NCBI GenBank assembly: GCA_937900255.1
Contig: CALCDZ010000004.1
Coordinates: forward strand, 198,391 to 262,390
Direction: 5' to 3'
From: an uncultured bacterium
GTDB lineage: Bacteria > Patescibacteriota > Patescibacteriia > SG8-24 > DYFX01
DNA: 64,000 nt
Below are positions 55,023 through 64,000 of the stretch, one piece after another (the first letter of the stretch is position 1; the number at the start of each line of letters is the position of its first letter). The position numbers and the translations under genes were made by a program. A model generated the notes under the pieces. It saw nothing but the letters and a program-made list of their open reading frames with translations. It was not told the origin of the DNA and made no database searches.

Positions 55023-55074
55023 TTATACTGTCTTTCGAACGCAAGCCACCGCTGCGAAATGTCTCAAACGATCC

Positions 55075-55374
55075 ATGCTGCCGCTCCCGTCGCTCGATGA
55101 ACTCGACGCCCTGTTGTTCCTGGCCGAAGCAGGCGCCGAAGTGCCGGAGATCGACGTGCATGGCGAGCGGATCGATCAGGCGCTCATCGAGGCCGAACGC
55201 CTGGTGCAATCCTCCTTCATCAAAGGGGAACGGGTCCTGCGCCTGATCCACGGGAAAGGGGAGGGGCGTCTGCGCGATGCGTTGCATCGCTGGCTCGGGA
55301 CGCATCGGCTCGTCGCCCGTTATCAGGAAGCGGCCATGGGCGGCGCGACGCTGGTCGCGTTGGTCGAACGTTGA
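55075..55374 (+). CDS. Smr-domain protein
   Basis: EIDVHGERIDQALIEAERLVQ...LRLIHGKGEGRLRDALHRWL is the Smr pattern (LDLHG...IIHGKG). Confidence 0.55.
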   Translation: MLPLPSLDELDALLFLAEAGAEVPEIDVHGERIDQALIEAERLVQSSFIKGERVLRLIHGKGEGRLRDALHRWLGTHRLVARYQEAAMGGATLVALVER

Positions 55375-56729
55375 ACCATCCTAAAGATATGGCCGATCGC
55401 CATTTCCGGAAAGCCTGGGTCGTGACCGTCGACATGGGGTACGGGCATGAACGCGCGTCACATGCGCTGAACGATTTGGCGTACTCCGACGTCATCGTCG
55501 CCAATAATTACCCGGGCATCCCCGAGGCCGACAAGAGGCTTTGGAAAGAGAGCCGCATCCTGTATGAAGCCTTTTCGCGTTTCAAATCGGTGCCGATCGT
55601 CGGTCCGGTCGTCTGGGACGTCTTCGACAGCTTCCAGGAGATCAAGCCGTTCTATCCGCGCCGCGATCTCTCGAAGCCGAGCCTGCAGGTACTGCAGCTC
55701 TACCATCTCATCGAGAAGAAAGGGCTCGGACGCGACCTGATCGAGACGTTGCGCAACAAGCGCAAGCTCCCGCTCGTCTGCACGTTCTTCCTCCCGGCCT
55801 TCGCTGCCGACTATTTCGATTACCCCGAGGACATCTACCTCGTGACGACCGATGCGGACGTCAGCCGCGCCTGGGTCGCCAAGGATCCGAAGCGCAGCCG
55901 CATCAAGTATTTCGCTTCGAACGGGCGGGTGGTCGAGCGCCTCAAGCTCTACGGCGTGCCGCCTGAAAACATCTTCCTGACGGGGTTCCCGCTCTCGAAG
56001 GACCTGATCGGCGGAGCCGCCTACGGGACGATCAAGCGCGATCTCGGAGAGCGCATCTGCCACCTGGATCCGAACGCGGTCTTTTACGCGAAATACGAGG
56101 ACACCATCAGGAAAGAGATCGGAGCGATGAATTGCCGTCGCGAGCCGACTCATCCATTGACGCTGACGTTCAGCGTCGGCGGCGCCGGCGCGCAGCGCGA
56201 GCTCGGGCTCCAGATCGCGGAGAGCCTTCGGGAGAAGATCCGGAGCGGCAAGATCCTCCTGAATCTCGTGGCCGGCACCAAGAAGGATGCTGCCGCTTAT
56301 TTCAAGAGGGGCCTGATGGAGCTGGGACTCGGTTCGGACCTTGGGGAAGGGGTGCATATCCAATATTTTCCCGATCGCTCCAGCTATTTCCGGAAGTTCG
56401 ACCAGCTGGTGCGGCACTCGGACATCCTCTGGACCAAGCCGAGCGAACTTTCGTTCTACACCGGCATCGGACTGCCGATCATCGTCGCGCCGCCGATCGG
56501 ATCGCAGGAGAAGTTCAACGAGCTTTGGCTGCGCACGGTCGGCGGAGGCACGCCGCAGCACGACCCTCGTTACGCGGACGAGTGGCTGTTCGACTGGGTC
56601 GAATCCGGCGGGTTGGCCCGCATGGCCTGGAACGGGTTCATCGAGGCGCCCACGCACGGCGCCTATCGGATAGAGGAAATCATCACCGGATTGCCGGTCG
56701 AACTGGAAAAGCTTCCGCTCATCGTCTGA
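55371..56729 (+). CDS. Putative GT-B glycosyltransferase (MGDG-synthase/UgtP-like, GT28-related)
   Basis: N-terminal VVTVDMGYGHERASHAL resembles the glycine-rich start of GT28 enzymes. The C-terminal half could be read as a GT-B fold, but I see no clear motif. Weak call. Confidence 0.3.
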   Translation: MNHPKDMADRHFRKAWVVTVDMGYGHERASHALNDLAYSDVIVANNYPGIPEADKRLWKESRILYEAFSRFKSVPIVGPVVWDVFDSFQEIKPFYPRRDLSKPSLQVLQLYHLIEKKGLGRDLIETLRNKRKLPLVCTFFLPAFAADYFDYPEDIYLVTTDADVSRAWVAKDPKRSRIKYFASNGRVVERLKLYGVPPENIFLTGFPLSKDLIGGAAYGTIKRDLGERICHLDPNAVFYAKYEDTIRKEIGAMNCRREPTHPLTLTFSVGGAGAQRELGLQIAESLREKIRSGKILLNLVAGTKKDAAAYFKRGLMELGLGSDLGEGVHIQYFPDRSSYFRKFDQLVRHSDILWTKPSELSFYTGIGLPIIVAPPIGSQEKFNELWLRTVGGGTPQHDPRYADEWLFDWVESGGLARMAWNGFIEAPTHGAYRIEEIITGLPVELEKLPLIV

Positions 56730-56730
56730 C

Positions 56731-57714
56731 ATGGTCCTGCGCAAGCGCGTCATCGTCCTGGCACTCATCGCGCTGGTCATCGCCGGACTCGGCTTTTGGT
56801 ACGGGCGCGACGCGCTCAGGCGCGACCCGCGACCTGCCTATGGCGTGACGTTCTCGACCCAGTACGCACGCTCGTTGGGATTGGATTGGCGGAAGGCCTT
56901 TCTCGCGACGCTGGACGATCTCCGGGTGCGCAAGTTCCGCATCCCAGTCTATTGGGACGACGTGGAAGGCGAACGCGGAAACGTCGATTGGTCCGAGGTC
57001 GATTGGATGTTGGAGCAAGCCGCTTCGCGCAAGGCGGAGGTCATCTTGGCAGTCGGGCGCAAGACGCCGCGTTGGCCGGAGTGCCACGTCCCGGCCTGGG
57101 CCGAAAGGATGGACGAAACCGCGCAACGCAAGGAAGTCCTGCGTTTCCTGAAAGAGGAGATCGGCCATTTCAAGGGGGTGGCGACCGTAAAGGTATGGCA
57201 GGTCGAGAACGAACCGCTTTTCCAATTCGGGAAATGCCCGCCGCCTGACCGTGCCTTCCTCAAGCAGGAAATCGAAATGGTGCGGAGCCTGGATACGCGG
57301 CCCATCATGGTCACCGACAGCGGGGAGCTTTCGACTTGGATCCGCACCGGGACGCTGGGGGACATCCTGGGCATCAGCATGTATAGGCTGGTCTGGAACA
57401 AGTATCTCGGCGAGCTCTACTGGCCGCTCTCGCCGATTTATTACACCGATCGGATGAACCTGATCGGACCGGTGGTCAAGAAGGTGATCATCAGCGAATT
57501 GCAGGCCGAGCCCTGGTTCCGCAAGGCTCCTGACCGGACGCCGATCGACGAGCAGCTTTCCCAGATGGATGCCTCGCGCTTGCGCTCGAACGCCGATTTC
57601 GCCGCCTCTACCGGAGCCTCGGAGATTTATCTCTGGGGCGTCGAATGGTGGTTCTGGCTCAAGTCTCAAGGGCATGCCGAACTTTGGGAAGCCGCACGCG
57701 GGCTCTATACGTGA
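56731..57714 (+). CDS. Membrane-anchored TIM-barrel glycoside-hydrolase-like protein
   Basis: N-terminal TM. VKVWQVENEP (an NEP catalytic-acid motif typical of clan GH-A) and a later ISEL. Family undetermined. Confidence 0.35.
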   Translation: MVLRKRVIVLALIALVIAGLGFWYGRDALRRDPRPAYGVTFSTQYARSLGLDWRKAFLATLDDLRVRKFRIPVYWDDVEGERGNVDWSEVDWMLEQAASRKAEVILAVGRKTPRWPECHVPAWAERMDETAQRKEVLRFLKEEIGHFKGVATVKVWQVENEPLFQFGKCPPPDRAFLKQEIEMVRSLDTRPIMVTDSGELSTWIRTGTLGDILGISMYRLVWNKYLGELYWPLSPIYYTDRMNLIGPVVKKVIISELQAEPWFRKAPDRTPIDEQLSQMDASRLRSNADFAASTGASEIYLWGVEWWFWLKSQGHAELWEAARGLYT

Positions 57715-57726
57715 TACCATGTCCGC

Positions 57727-58866
57727 ATGGAGACGATGATCGGCCATGTCGCTCAGCCCGCGCGCTACAAGGATCTGTTCGAGCCGTTGCTCGACGCCGT
57801 CCCTTGCGCGCTCTTCTACGTGGATGCCGCAGGAGTCGTGCAGGCGGCCAACGGCCTTTTCGGCGTTTTTTTCGGCCTGGATCCCGTCGAGGCGGTCGGC
57901 CGCCCCGTCTCGTCGTTGGCCGATGCCTGGTCACGGGCGATGGCGGAACCGATGAGCTATCATGAGGTCGTCGCTCATCCTTTCGAGGAACGGTCTTCCG
58001 ATTTCGTCCGCGACGTCGAGGTCATCGCGCCGGAACATCGTTACCTTGAGGTCGCCAGTTCGCCGGTCCGCGGTTCCGGCGCGTATCTCGGCCGGCTTTG
58101 GACGATCCGAGACGTCACGCGCGACCGCGAGATCACGGAACTCAAGATCCGTTACGGCGGCCTGCGGAACGCCGACGAGATCAAGTCGAAGTTCCTGACG
58201 GTCGCTTCGCATCAGCTCCGGACGCCGATGAACTCGATGCGCTGGAACCTCGAGCTGATGCTTTCTGACGACAAGGCGATTTCCGCGCAGTCGCGCGGCA
58301 TGTTGCACGAGGTATATCAAAGCGTGCTTGCCGGACTCTCGATCATCGATGACATGCTGCTGGCGGTGGATATCGAGCAGCGGACGCTGCGGCTTGAAAA
58401 AGCCTCGGTCGACATCGCAGAAACGGTCAGCAAGGTCATCCGTGACCACGCGCGCAGCGCCTCGCTTCGTTCGGTGGCGCTGTCGCTCACGGTGGCGAAG
58501 GGATTGCCGCCGCTGTTCATCGACGGCGGGAAGATGGAAAAGGCCCTGGGAAGGTTGGTCGATAACGCCATCAGGTATACGCCGCCGGGAGGACACGTCG
58601 ACGTCGGGGTCTTTGCCGGTAAGGATGACGTCTCGGTTTCCATCCGGGATACGGGTATCGGCATCACCGAAGAGGACCAGGCGCGCCTTTTCGGACGCTT
58701 CTACCGTTCCGAACGCTCCATCAAGCTGAATCCCGACGCGTCGGGTCTCGGCCTGTATATCGCCAAATACATCATCGACGCGCACGATGGGAAGATCGGT
58801 TTCCGTTCAAAGGAGGGGAGAGGATCCACATTCACCGTCTCGTTGCCGCGTAGGGCGGCCAAATGA
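57727..58866 (+). CDS. Cytoplasmic PAS sensor histidine kinase
   Basis: PAS-like N-terminus. H-box ASHQLRTPMNSMRWNLELM, N-box LVDNAIRYT, and the G-boxes DTGIGI and GLGLYIAK. Confidence 0.75.
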   Translation: METMIGHVAQPARYKDLFEPLLDAVPCALFYVDAAGVVQAANGLFGVFFGLDPVEAVGRPVSSLADAWSRAMAEPMSYHEVVAHPFEERSSDFVRDVEVIAPEHRYLEVASSPVRGSGAYLGRLWTIRDVTRDREITELKIRYGGLRNADEIKSKFLTVASHQLRTPMNSMRWNLELMLSDDKAISAQSRGMLHEVYQSVLAGLSIIDDMLLAVDIEQRTLRLEKASVDIAETVSKVIRDHARSASLRSVALSLTVAKGLPPLFIDGGKMEKALGRLVDNAIRYTPPGGHVDVGVFAGKDDVSVSIRDTGIGITEEDQARLFGRFYRSERSIKLNPDASGLGLYIAKYIIDAHDGKIGFRSKEGRGSTFTVSLPRRAAK

Positions 58867-60002
58867 ATCCTATGCGAAAAGAAGATCGCGTGACATCGAG
58901 GTTCGGGCAGGGTTCCGAGGCGGCCGGTTGGGCGCTGGTCGCCGCCCTCCTCTCGTCCTCTTTCTTGCTGCCCGTGCCCGCGTTCCGTTGGCAGCAGGCG
59001 TGGCAATACGCCGTCATCGCCATGATGGGCGCCATGAACCTGCTGGCGCGCGGCGCAAGGATCGGGGCGGAAGACGGCCCATCGGCCTCCCGCCGGGAAG
59101 AGACGCTATCGGCCCTCATCGGCATCGGGATGATCGCGCTGCTGACTTCGTATCTGCTCGCGTCTCCCGCATCCGCGTCCCTCGCGCCGCTCTACCTGCT
59201 GCCGATCGCCGGCGCCGCGCTGACGTTGCGGGAGAGGGTCGTCATAGGCGAGGCGGCGGCTTCCGTCATCTCGCTGCTCTTGCTGCAGGCGGTCGAAGTC
59301 GGGCCCGGCCCGTTCTGGACGACGGGGTTCCTCGTCCGCGCGGGCGTCTTCTGCTGCGTTTCCGCCTGTCTGGCGGCCGCAGCGGGCTTGCTGCGTCGCG
59401 CATGGGTCGAGGCGGATGAGGCCGCTTCCGACCTTTCATTTCAGCTCAGCCATGTCCAGGCGCTCGGTGCGCTGGCGCGGCAAGGTGCGCTGTCATCGGA
59501 GCCGGACCGGCTGGCCGATCGCGCCGGTGAAATCGTCGCCCAGGCTGCCGGTGCCGACCGGCACGTCGTTTACCTGTGCGAAAACGGGCCGCGGGCGGGA
59601 TTCCGCCGCATCGGCGGATCCAAAGCCGATGGCCGTCAGGAGAGTGACTTCCTGGCCGCAGAAGCTGAAAAAGGCGTTCTCGGCGGCGTCCTCGAGACCG
59701 GCGTGCCGCGGGAAATCGACGGGCCTCCTGGGACCCAGCGCATGTTGGTGCTTCCGCTCGGCGACCGCCAAGCGCCGATCGGGGTCATTTGCCTGTTGAA
59801 CCAGGATGGCGGACGTTTTCCGGAGGATGCTCTTCCGCGATGCGAACGGCTGGTCGGTTTCACGTCGGATCTCCTGGCAGGGGCCTTGCGGCTCAGACGT
59901 ATCGGCGACGAGCGGCGGGAAGTCGAACGGATGGCGAGGTTGCTCGCTGGCCGTTCCGGAGGAAAGAAGAAAAAGGTCCCCAAGCCCGGAAGCGGCCTAT
60001 GA
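58863..60002 (+). CDS. Polytopic membrane protein with a C-terminal GAF-like domain
   Basis: Five to six TM helices, then a soluble domain that could be GAF-like (judged from its position and length). ATGA-type overlaps with both neighbouring kinase genes. Confidence 0.4.
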   Translation: MNPMRKEDRVTSRFGQGSEAAGWALVAALLSSSFLLPVPAFRWQQAWQYAVIAMMGAMNLLARGARIGAEDGPSASRREETLSALIGIGMIALLTSYLLASPASASLAPLYLLPIAGAALTLRERVVIGEAAASVISLLLLQAVEVGPGPFWTTGFLVRAGVFCCVSACLAAAAGLLRRAWVEADEAASDLSFQLSHVQALGALARQGALSSEPDRLADRAGEIVAQAAGADRHVVYLCENGPRAGFRRIGGSKADGRQESDFLAAEAEKGVLGGVLETGVPREIDGPPGTQRMLVLPLGDRQAPIGVICLLNQDGGRFPEDALPRCERLVGFTSDLLAGALRLRRIGDERREVERMARLLAGRSGGKKKKVPKPGSGL

Positions 60003-62506
60003 AGTTGCGCATGCGGATGGCGTGGTTCGAAATCGCCACCGGGTTCCTGACGCTCTTCGCCGCGGGCGTGGCGTTCACCGCGCCAGGAGGAGGGACGCCC
60101 GGCATCGCCGCTTCTTGGGCGGCGCGCATCGTCGCGACCGGACTCTTCTTAGCTTTTTGCGCGATCTTCCTTTCACATGGACTGGGGCGCTACCGGCTCG
60201 CCCGCGCCCTATGCTTTTCCTTTTTCTCCGCCGTCAGCATCGCTTGTTCCGCATGGTTCGCTTTCGGCGGGCGATATGAAACGGCGGTCTTGCAGGGGTT
60301 CCTGGGCGTGTGGTACGGAGCCGTCGCTTTTTTCCAATCGGCGTTTCCTTCGCCGGGAACCCATGAGGCTTCGCGTTTCCAGGCGCTCAACCTGTACGTC
60401 GCTCCCGCCTACGCCGCCCTGTCCGTGCTGCGGATGGGTCTCCATTCGCTCGTCTCCCTCTTCGGAGCCGGTTCGCTCATGTGCACTGCGTTCTTGCTGG
60501 TCTGGGCGGAGCTTCGCGGCAAGCCGCGGACGCGTACCATCGCCGCTTCCCTCGCGTCGGCGGCCGCGCTCATCGCCGCCATCGGCGACATGGTCGCTGG
60601 CTCCGATGAAAGGGCGACGGGCGCGCTTCTCGTCCTTTTTTCCGTCATGGCGATGTCGGTGGCCCGCCGGGAAGACTCGCCGGAATCTGCCGACGATCTG
60701 ACGGGCCTCACGCGACGTCAGCAGGAATTGCATGTCCAAGAAAGGGCGGCGGAGACGGCGCTCTGGGCCATCGTGGCCTCATCGGCGCTCTACGTGAATT
60801 TTATCGACCGTTTCGACGCCCGGCTTTATTTCGCCGCCGCGTTCCTTTTTGCCGCCGCGATGACGCTCGGGTTCAGGCTCAAATCAGCGAGGGATTTGGA
60901 TGAGCGGAAGTACCCGCCGATCCTTTCCCTGATCGTCCTCGCCTCGGTCCTGTTCATCTCGGCGACCGGAGGCGCGTCCGGCCCGTTCGTCTTCCTGGCC
61001 TATCTGGTGATTTACGTCGGCGCCGCCATCGCGGCTCCGGCCTGGTCGGTCGTCGCATCCGCGGCTTTCGCCGCCTATGTGATGCTGGAATTCCTCGCCT
61101 GGCGGCTTTCACCGGAAGCGGGAGCGGCCTCGTTGTCCGAAATAAGCCGTCATGCGGCGGAGGCCGTTTCCTGTTCAGCGACGCTCGTCCTGACGGGCTT
61201 CTATGCCGTCTGGACGAGGCGACGTCGCGCGAAGATCGAGCGATCGCTTCTCGACGCCAACCATCGGCTGGCGGAGGTCTTGAAGACCGCCGTGCATGAA
61301 CGCGAGCAATCGCGGAAGCAATCCGAGGAGCAGCGCCGCCTCAACGACGACCTGGTCAGGATGCGCTCCGCGCTCATGAACGTCCTGGAAGATGTCGAGG
61401 AGTCCAAACGACAGATCCAGCTGGACCGACGTCGTCAGACCGCGAGCCTCAACGCCCTCGGCGAGGGAGTCATCGCTGCGGAAAAGGACGGCAAGATCTT
61501 CCTCTGCAACCCTGCGGGAGCGCATCTTCTCGGCCTTGAACCGGAAGCGGTGATCGGGAAACCCTTCGACCAGACCATCCGTCTTTTCCTGGAAGACAGC
61601 GATGTCCTTCAGACCGCGGCATTCGAGGCGGCGTTCGCCGGACGCGGCGCGGAGCTCGGGAGGCGGTTGATGCTGTTGCGTTCGGATGGCCGGCGGCTCG
61701 CGGTCTCAGGCACCGTCGCTCCGTATTTCGACGAGACGAACCGGCTCTCCGGCATCGTGCTGGCGTTCCGCGACGTCACGCTCGAGCGGGACATCGACCG
61801 TCAGAAGTCGGATTTCATCTCGATCGCCTCCCATCAGCTGCGCACGCCCCTGTCGGCGCTGCGCTGGTTCCTGGACCTGCTGCTCGCGGGGGACGCGGGC
61901 CCGCTGCAACCGACCCAAAAGGAGTACCTGACGGACATGTCGGTCTCGACCGCTCGCATGATCAAGCTGGTCGGCGATCTGCTGGACGTCACGCGCATCG
62001 AATCCGGGCGATTGAAAGCCTCTCCTGAACGCGTGGAGGTCGCGGGATTCCTTGCGGGGCTGCTTCGCGAGTACGCGCCGCTCATCAAGTCGCGGGACAT
62101 CCGGTTCACGTCCGATATCGCGCCGGAAGCCCGGACGTTCCATGCCGATCCGAACCTCGTCTATCAGGCGATCTCCAACATCCTCTCGAATGCCGTCAAG
62201 TACACGCCCGATGGCGGGACCGTGACCCTTTCCGTGAGGGTCGTGGGTTCGGAATGCGTCTTCGCGGTCAGGGATACCGGCGTCGGCATCCCCAAAAACC
62301 AGCAATACCGCGTCTATGACAAGTTCTTCCGCGGGGAGAACGTCGTCGCCAAGGAAACGGTCGGGAGCGGCATCGGCCTGTACGTGACGCATCTCATCGT
62401 CGAGCTTTCCGGAGGCCGGACCTGGTTCGAATCGCGCGAAGGGAAGGGGACGGTCTTTTACGTGGCCTTGCCCGTCAAGCCGCCCGAAGGTACACTGGCA
62501 TCATAA
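59999..62506 (+). CDS. Large polytopic-membrane PAS sensor histidine kinase
   Basis: About 12 TM helices N-terminally, then a coiled-coil and PAS region (GEGVIAAEKDGKIFLCNPA). H-box ASHQLRTPLSALRWFLDLL, N-box ILSNAVKYTPDGG, and the G-boxes DTGVGI and GSGIGLYV. The track ORF from 59789 is an upstream extension. Confidence 0.75.
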   Translation: MKLRMRMAWFEIATGFLTLFAAGVAFTAPGGGTPGIAASWAARIVATGLFLAFCAIFLSHGLGRYRLARALCFSFFSAVSIACSAWFAFGGRYETAVLQGFLGVWYGAVAFFQSAFPSPGTHEASRFQALNLYVAPAYAALSVLRMGLHSLVSLFGAGSLMCTAFLLVWAELRGKPRTRTIAASLASAAALIAAIGDMVAGSDERATGALLVLFSVMAMSVARREDSPESADDLTGLTRRQQELHVQERAAETALWAIVASSALYVNFIDRFDARLYFAAAFLFAAAMTLGFRLKSARDLDERKYPPILSLIVLASVLFISATGGASGPFVFLAYLVIYVGAAIAAPAWSVVASAAFAAYVMLEFLAWRLSPEAGAASLSEISRHAAEAVSCSATLVLTGFYAVWTRRRRAKIERSLLDANHRLAEVLKTAVHEREQSRKQSEEQRRLNDDLVRMRSALMNVLEDVEESKRQIQLDRRRQTASLNALGEGVIAAEKDGKIFLCNPAGAHLLGLEPEAVIGKPFDQTIRLFLEDSDVLQTAAFEAAFAGRGAELGRRLMLLRSDGRRLAVSGTVAPYFDETNRLSGIVLAFRDVTLERDIDRQKSDFISIASHQLRTPLSALRWFLDLLLAGDAGPLQPTQKEYLTDMSVSTARMIKLVGDLLDVTRIESGRLKASPERVEVAGFLAGLLREYAPLIKSRDIRFTSDIAPEARTFHADPNLVYQAISNILSNAVKYTPDGGTVTLSVRVVGSECVFAVRDTGVGIPKNQQYRVYDKFFRGENVVAKETVGSGIGLYVTHLIVELSGGRTWFESREGKGTVFYVALPVKPPEGTLAS

Positions 62507-62523
62507 GTCACTGCGTTCCCGTC

Positions 62524-62898
62524 ATGGCAAAAACCATCCTGATCGTCGAAGACGAGCTGAGCATGCAGCGGGCCCTCAAGAGCAAGCTGGAACATGCGGG
62601 TTACGTCGTCCGTGCCGCCGTCGACGGCGAAGAGGCACTGGCGTCGTTGCGCGCCTCCAAGCCAGACCTGATGCTCCTGGACCTCATCATGCCGAAGATG
62701 GACGGGATCAGCGTGCTCCGCCAGGTCAAGTCCGACGAGGACCTGCGCGCGGTGCCCGTCGTGATCCTCACCAACCTGAGTTCCGGCGACAAGGTCGCCG
62801 AAGCGATGCAGCTCGGGACGTTCGATTTCCTTGTCAAGGCGAACTATTCGCTCGACGACGTCTTGAAGAAAGTCGTCGATCGCGTGGGTCAGCCGTGA
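62524..62898 (+). CDS. Stand-alone response-regulator receiver (CheY-like)
   Basis: ILIVEDE...LMLLDLIMPKMDGI...VVILT...K. The acidic pocket, phospho-Asp, T and K are all present. There is no output domain. Confidence 0.8.
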   Translation: MAKTILIVEDELSMQRALKSKLEHAGYVVRAAVDGEEALASLRASKPDLMLLDLIMPKMDGISVLRQVKSDEDLRAVPVVILTNLSSGDKVAEAMQLGTFDFLVKANYSLDDVLKKVVDRVGQP

Positions 62899-62911
62899 TC
62901 CACCGCTTGCT

Positions 62912-63295
62912 ATGCCGAAAAAAGCCCCCATCAAGATCCTGGTCGTCGAAGACGAGACGTTCCTCGTCAAGATCTATGCGGTGAAGCTGAAGAAGGAGGG
63001 GTTCGACGTGATGATCGCGAACGACGGAGAGGCGGCCGTCAGGTCGGCGGAAGAGTTCAAGCCCGACCTGATCCTCCTTGACCTGATCCTGCCCAAGATG
63101 AACGGATTCGAAGCGCTCGAGAAGATCCGCGCCGGCACCGTCAATCGCAAGACGCCCGTCATCGTGCTTTCGAACCTGGGGCAGGAAGAGGACATCAAGC
63201 GCGCCGCGGCCCTCGGCGCGGACGATTATCTCGTCAAGGCCAATTTCTCCATCCAGGACATCGTGGCCAAGATCCGTGAGACGCTCGATAAGTAA
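62912..63295 (+). CDS. Stand-alone response-regulator receiver (CheY-like)
   Basis: ILVVEDE...LILLDLILPKMNGF...VIVLSNLGQEED...K. Confidence 0.8.
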   Translation: MPKKAPIKILVVEDETFLVKIYAVKLKKEGFDVMIANDGEAAVRSAEEFKPDLILLDLILPKMNGFEALEKIRAGTVNRKTPVIVLSNLGQEEDIKRAAALGADDYLVKANFSIQDIVAKIRETLDK

Positions 63296-63332
63296 ACGCC
63301 GGCAGCCGGCGCCGTAAGGAAAGGGGGAGACC

Positions 63333-64000
63333 GTGACGATCCCGAACGAGAGATTGAGGCAAGCGTTAGCTGAACTGGAGCTGCTCCCGGCCGAAAGGCT
63401 TGAAGCCGCCTTTCAAGGCGCGACGGAACGGGGCGAGCCGTTGTCGGAGTATCTGGTCGAGCGCAACATCGTCACGGACGAGAACATGGGGCGATTGACG
63501 GCGGACGTCTACGGCCTGCCTTTCGTGAACCTGCGCAACGAGACCGTCGGCGAAGAGGTGCTCGGATTGCTGCCGGTCGAGATGGTCAAGCGCTCCTTGG
63601 TCTTCCCGTTCCGCAAGACGGCGACGGGGCTCGCGCTGGCGGTCAACGACCCGGACGACCTGGAAGCCATCGCGGCCGTCCGCAAGAAGGTCAACGACGT
63701 CCCGATCCAGCTGCATTTCGCCACGCGGGCCGACATCATCCTGGCGGCCGCGCGCTATCGCAAGGACATCCGGAACGTCTTCGAATCGATCGTCGCCGAT
63801 GCCGAGAGGCGACTCAGTGAAAAGCCGGACCTCTCGACGGACGAGGCGCTCAAGGAACTGCCGATCGTCGAGATCGTCGATACGCTCCTGCTGTACGCCT
63901 TCCAGTCTGACGCGTCCGACATGCATATCGAGCCGCGGGAGTCCGAAGCCTACGTCCGCTTCCGGATCGACGGCGTCATGCATGACGTCGTCCGTTATCC
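63333..64000 (+). CDS. Second type IV pilus/T2SS-type assembly ATPase (GspE/PilB family); the 3' end runs off the window
   Basis: GTG start 4 nt after the Shine-Dalgarno AAGGGGGAGA. The N-terminal GspE-N (MshEN-like) domain reads LLPAERLEAAFQGATERGEPLSEYLVERNIVTDENMGRLTADVYGLPFVNL..., continuing through IVEIVDTLLLYAFQSDASDMHIEPRESEAYVRFRIDGVMHDV. The ORF track lists only an antisense ORF here. Confidence 0.75.
   Translation, partial: MTIPNERLRQALAELELLPAERLEAAFQGATERGEPLSEYLVERNIVTDENMGRLTADVYGLPFVNLRNETVGEEVLGLLPVEMVKRSLVFPFRKTATGLALAVNDPDDLEAIAAVRKKVNDVPIQLHFATRADIILAAARYRKDIRNVFESIVADAERRLSEKPDLSTDEALKELPIVEIVDTLLLYAFQSDASDMHIEPRESEAYVRFRIDGVMHDVVRY

Noticed and set aside
63366-63983. 205-aa minus-strand ORF at the window end
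   Set aside because: The plus strand here encodes a clear GspE/PilB N-terminal domain with a Shine-Dalgarno and a GTG start. The minus-strand ORF is the antisense artefact.
1-64000. CRISPR arrays, IS elements, integrases, rRNA genes
   Set aside because: No short direct-repeat/spacer arrays, no transposase- or integrase-like translations, and no rRNA-like sequence were seen in any frame.

Overview
This is a 64-kb, high-GC (roughly 65%) bacterial chromosomal segment, densely coded, with genes mostly on the + strand after the first 5.8 kb. All calls come from reading the six-frame translations and the raw sequence by eye. No database searches were run, so family assignments rest on recognisable motifs. 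The window contains: (i) a minus-strand type IV pilus assembly block (pseudopilin, small membrane protein, pilO, pilN, pilM, pilC, pilB) and a second pilB-like ATPase cut off at the window end; (ii) envelope and division genes mraY, lon, ftsW and murG, a cyclophilin, a RecB-like TM0106-type nuclease, xseA/xseB and pyrH; (iii) rplJ-rplL with its own promoter and a structured leader; (iv) an envelope-glycan cluster (three GT2, a DUF4012-like protein, mreB, a GT4), then holB, frr, glyQS, an M16 peptidase and tpiA; (v) tRNA-Thr, tRNA-Tyr, tRNA-Thr, rpmG and tRNA-Trp; (vi) a GIY-YIG nuclease, ung, a class A PBP, a phosphodiesterase, an Smr protein, two histidine kinases, a GAF membrane protein and two stand-alone receiver proteins. 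Two things stand out. First, two tandem paralogous small genes (44233-44409 and 44587-44790) encode peptides with a double-glycine-type leader and hypervariable Cys/Ser/Thr-rich cores. Each has its own sigma70-like promoter, a conserved hairpin-containing 5' leader that shows a compensatory base change between the copies, and an intrinsic terminator. No maturase or transporter is visible in the window. Second, an unannotated 59-aa, 12-Cys metallothionein-like ORF lies on the minus strand at 15300-15479. Many long antisense ORFs in the track are GC-driven artefacts.
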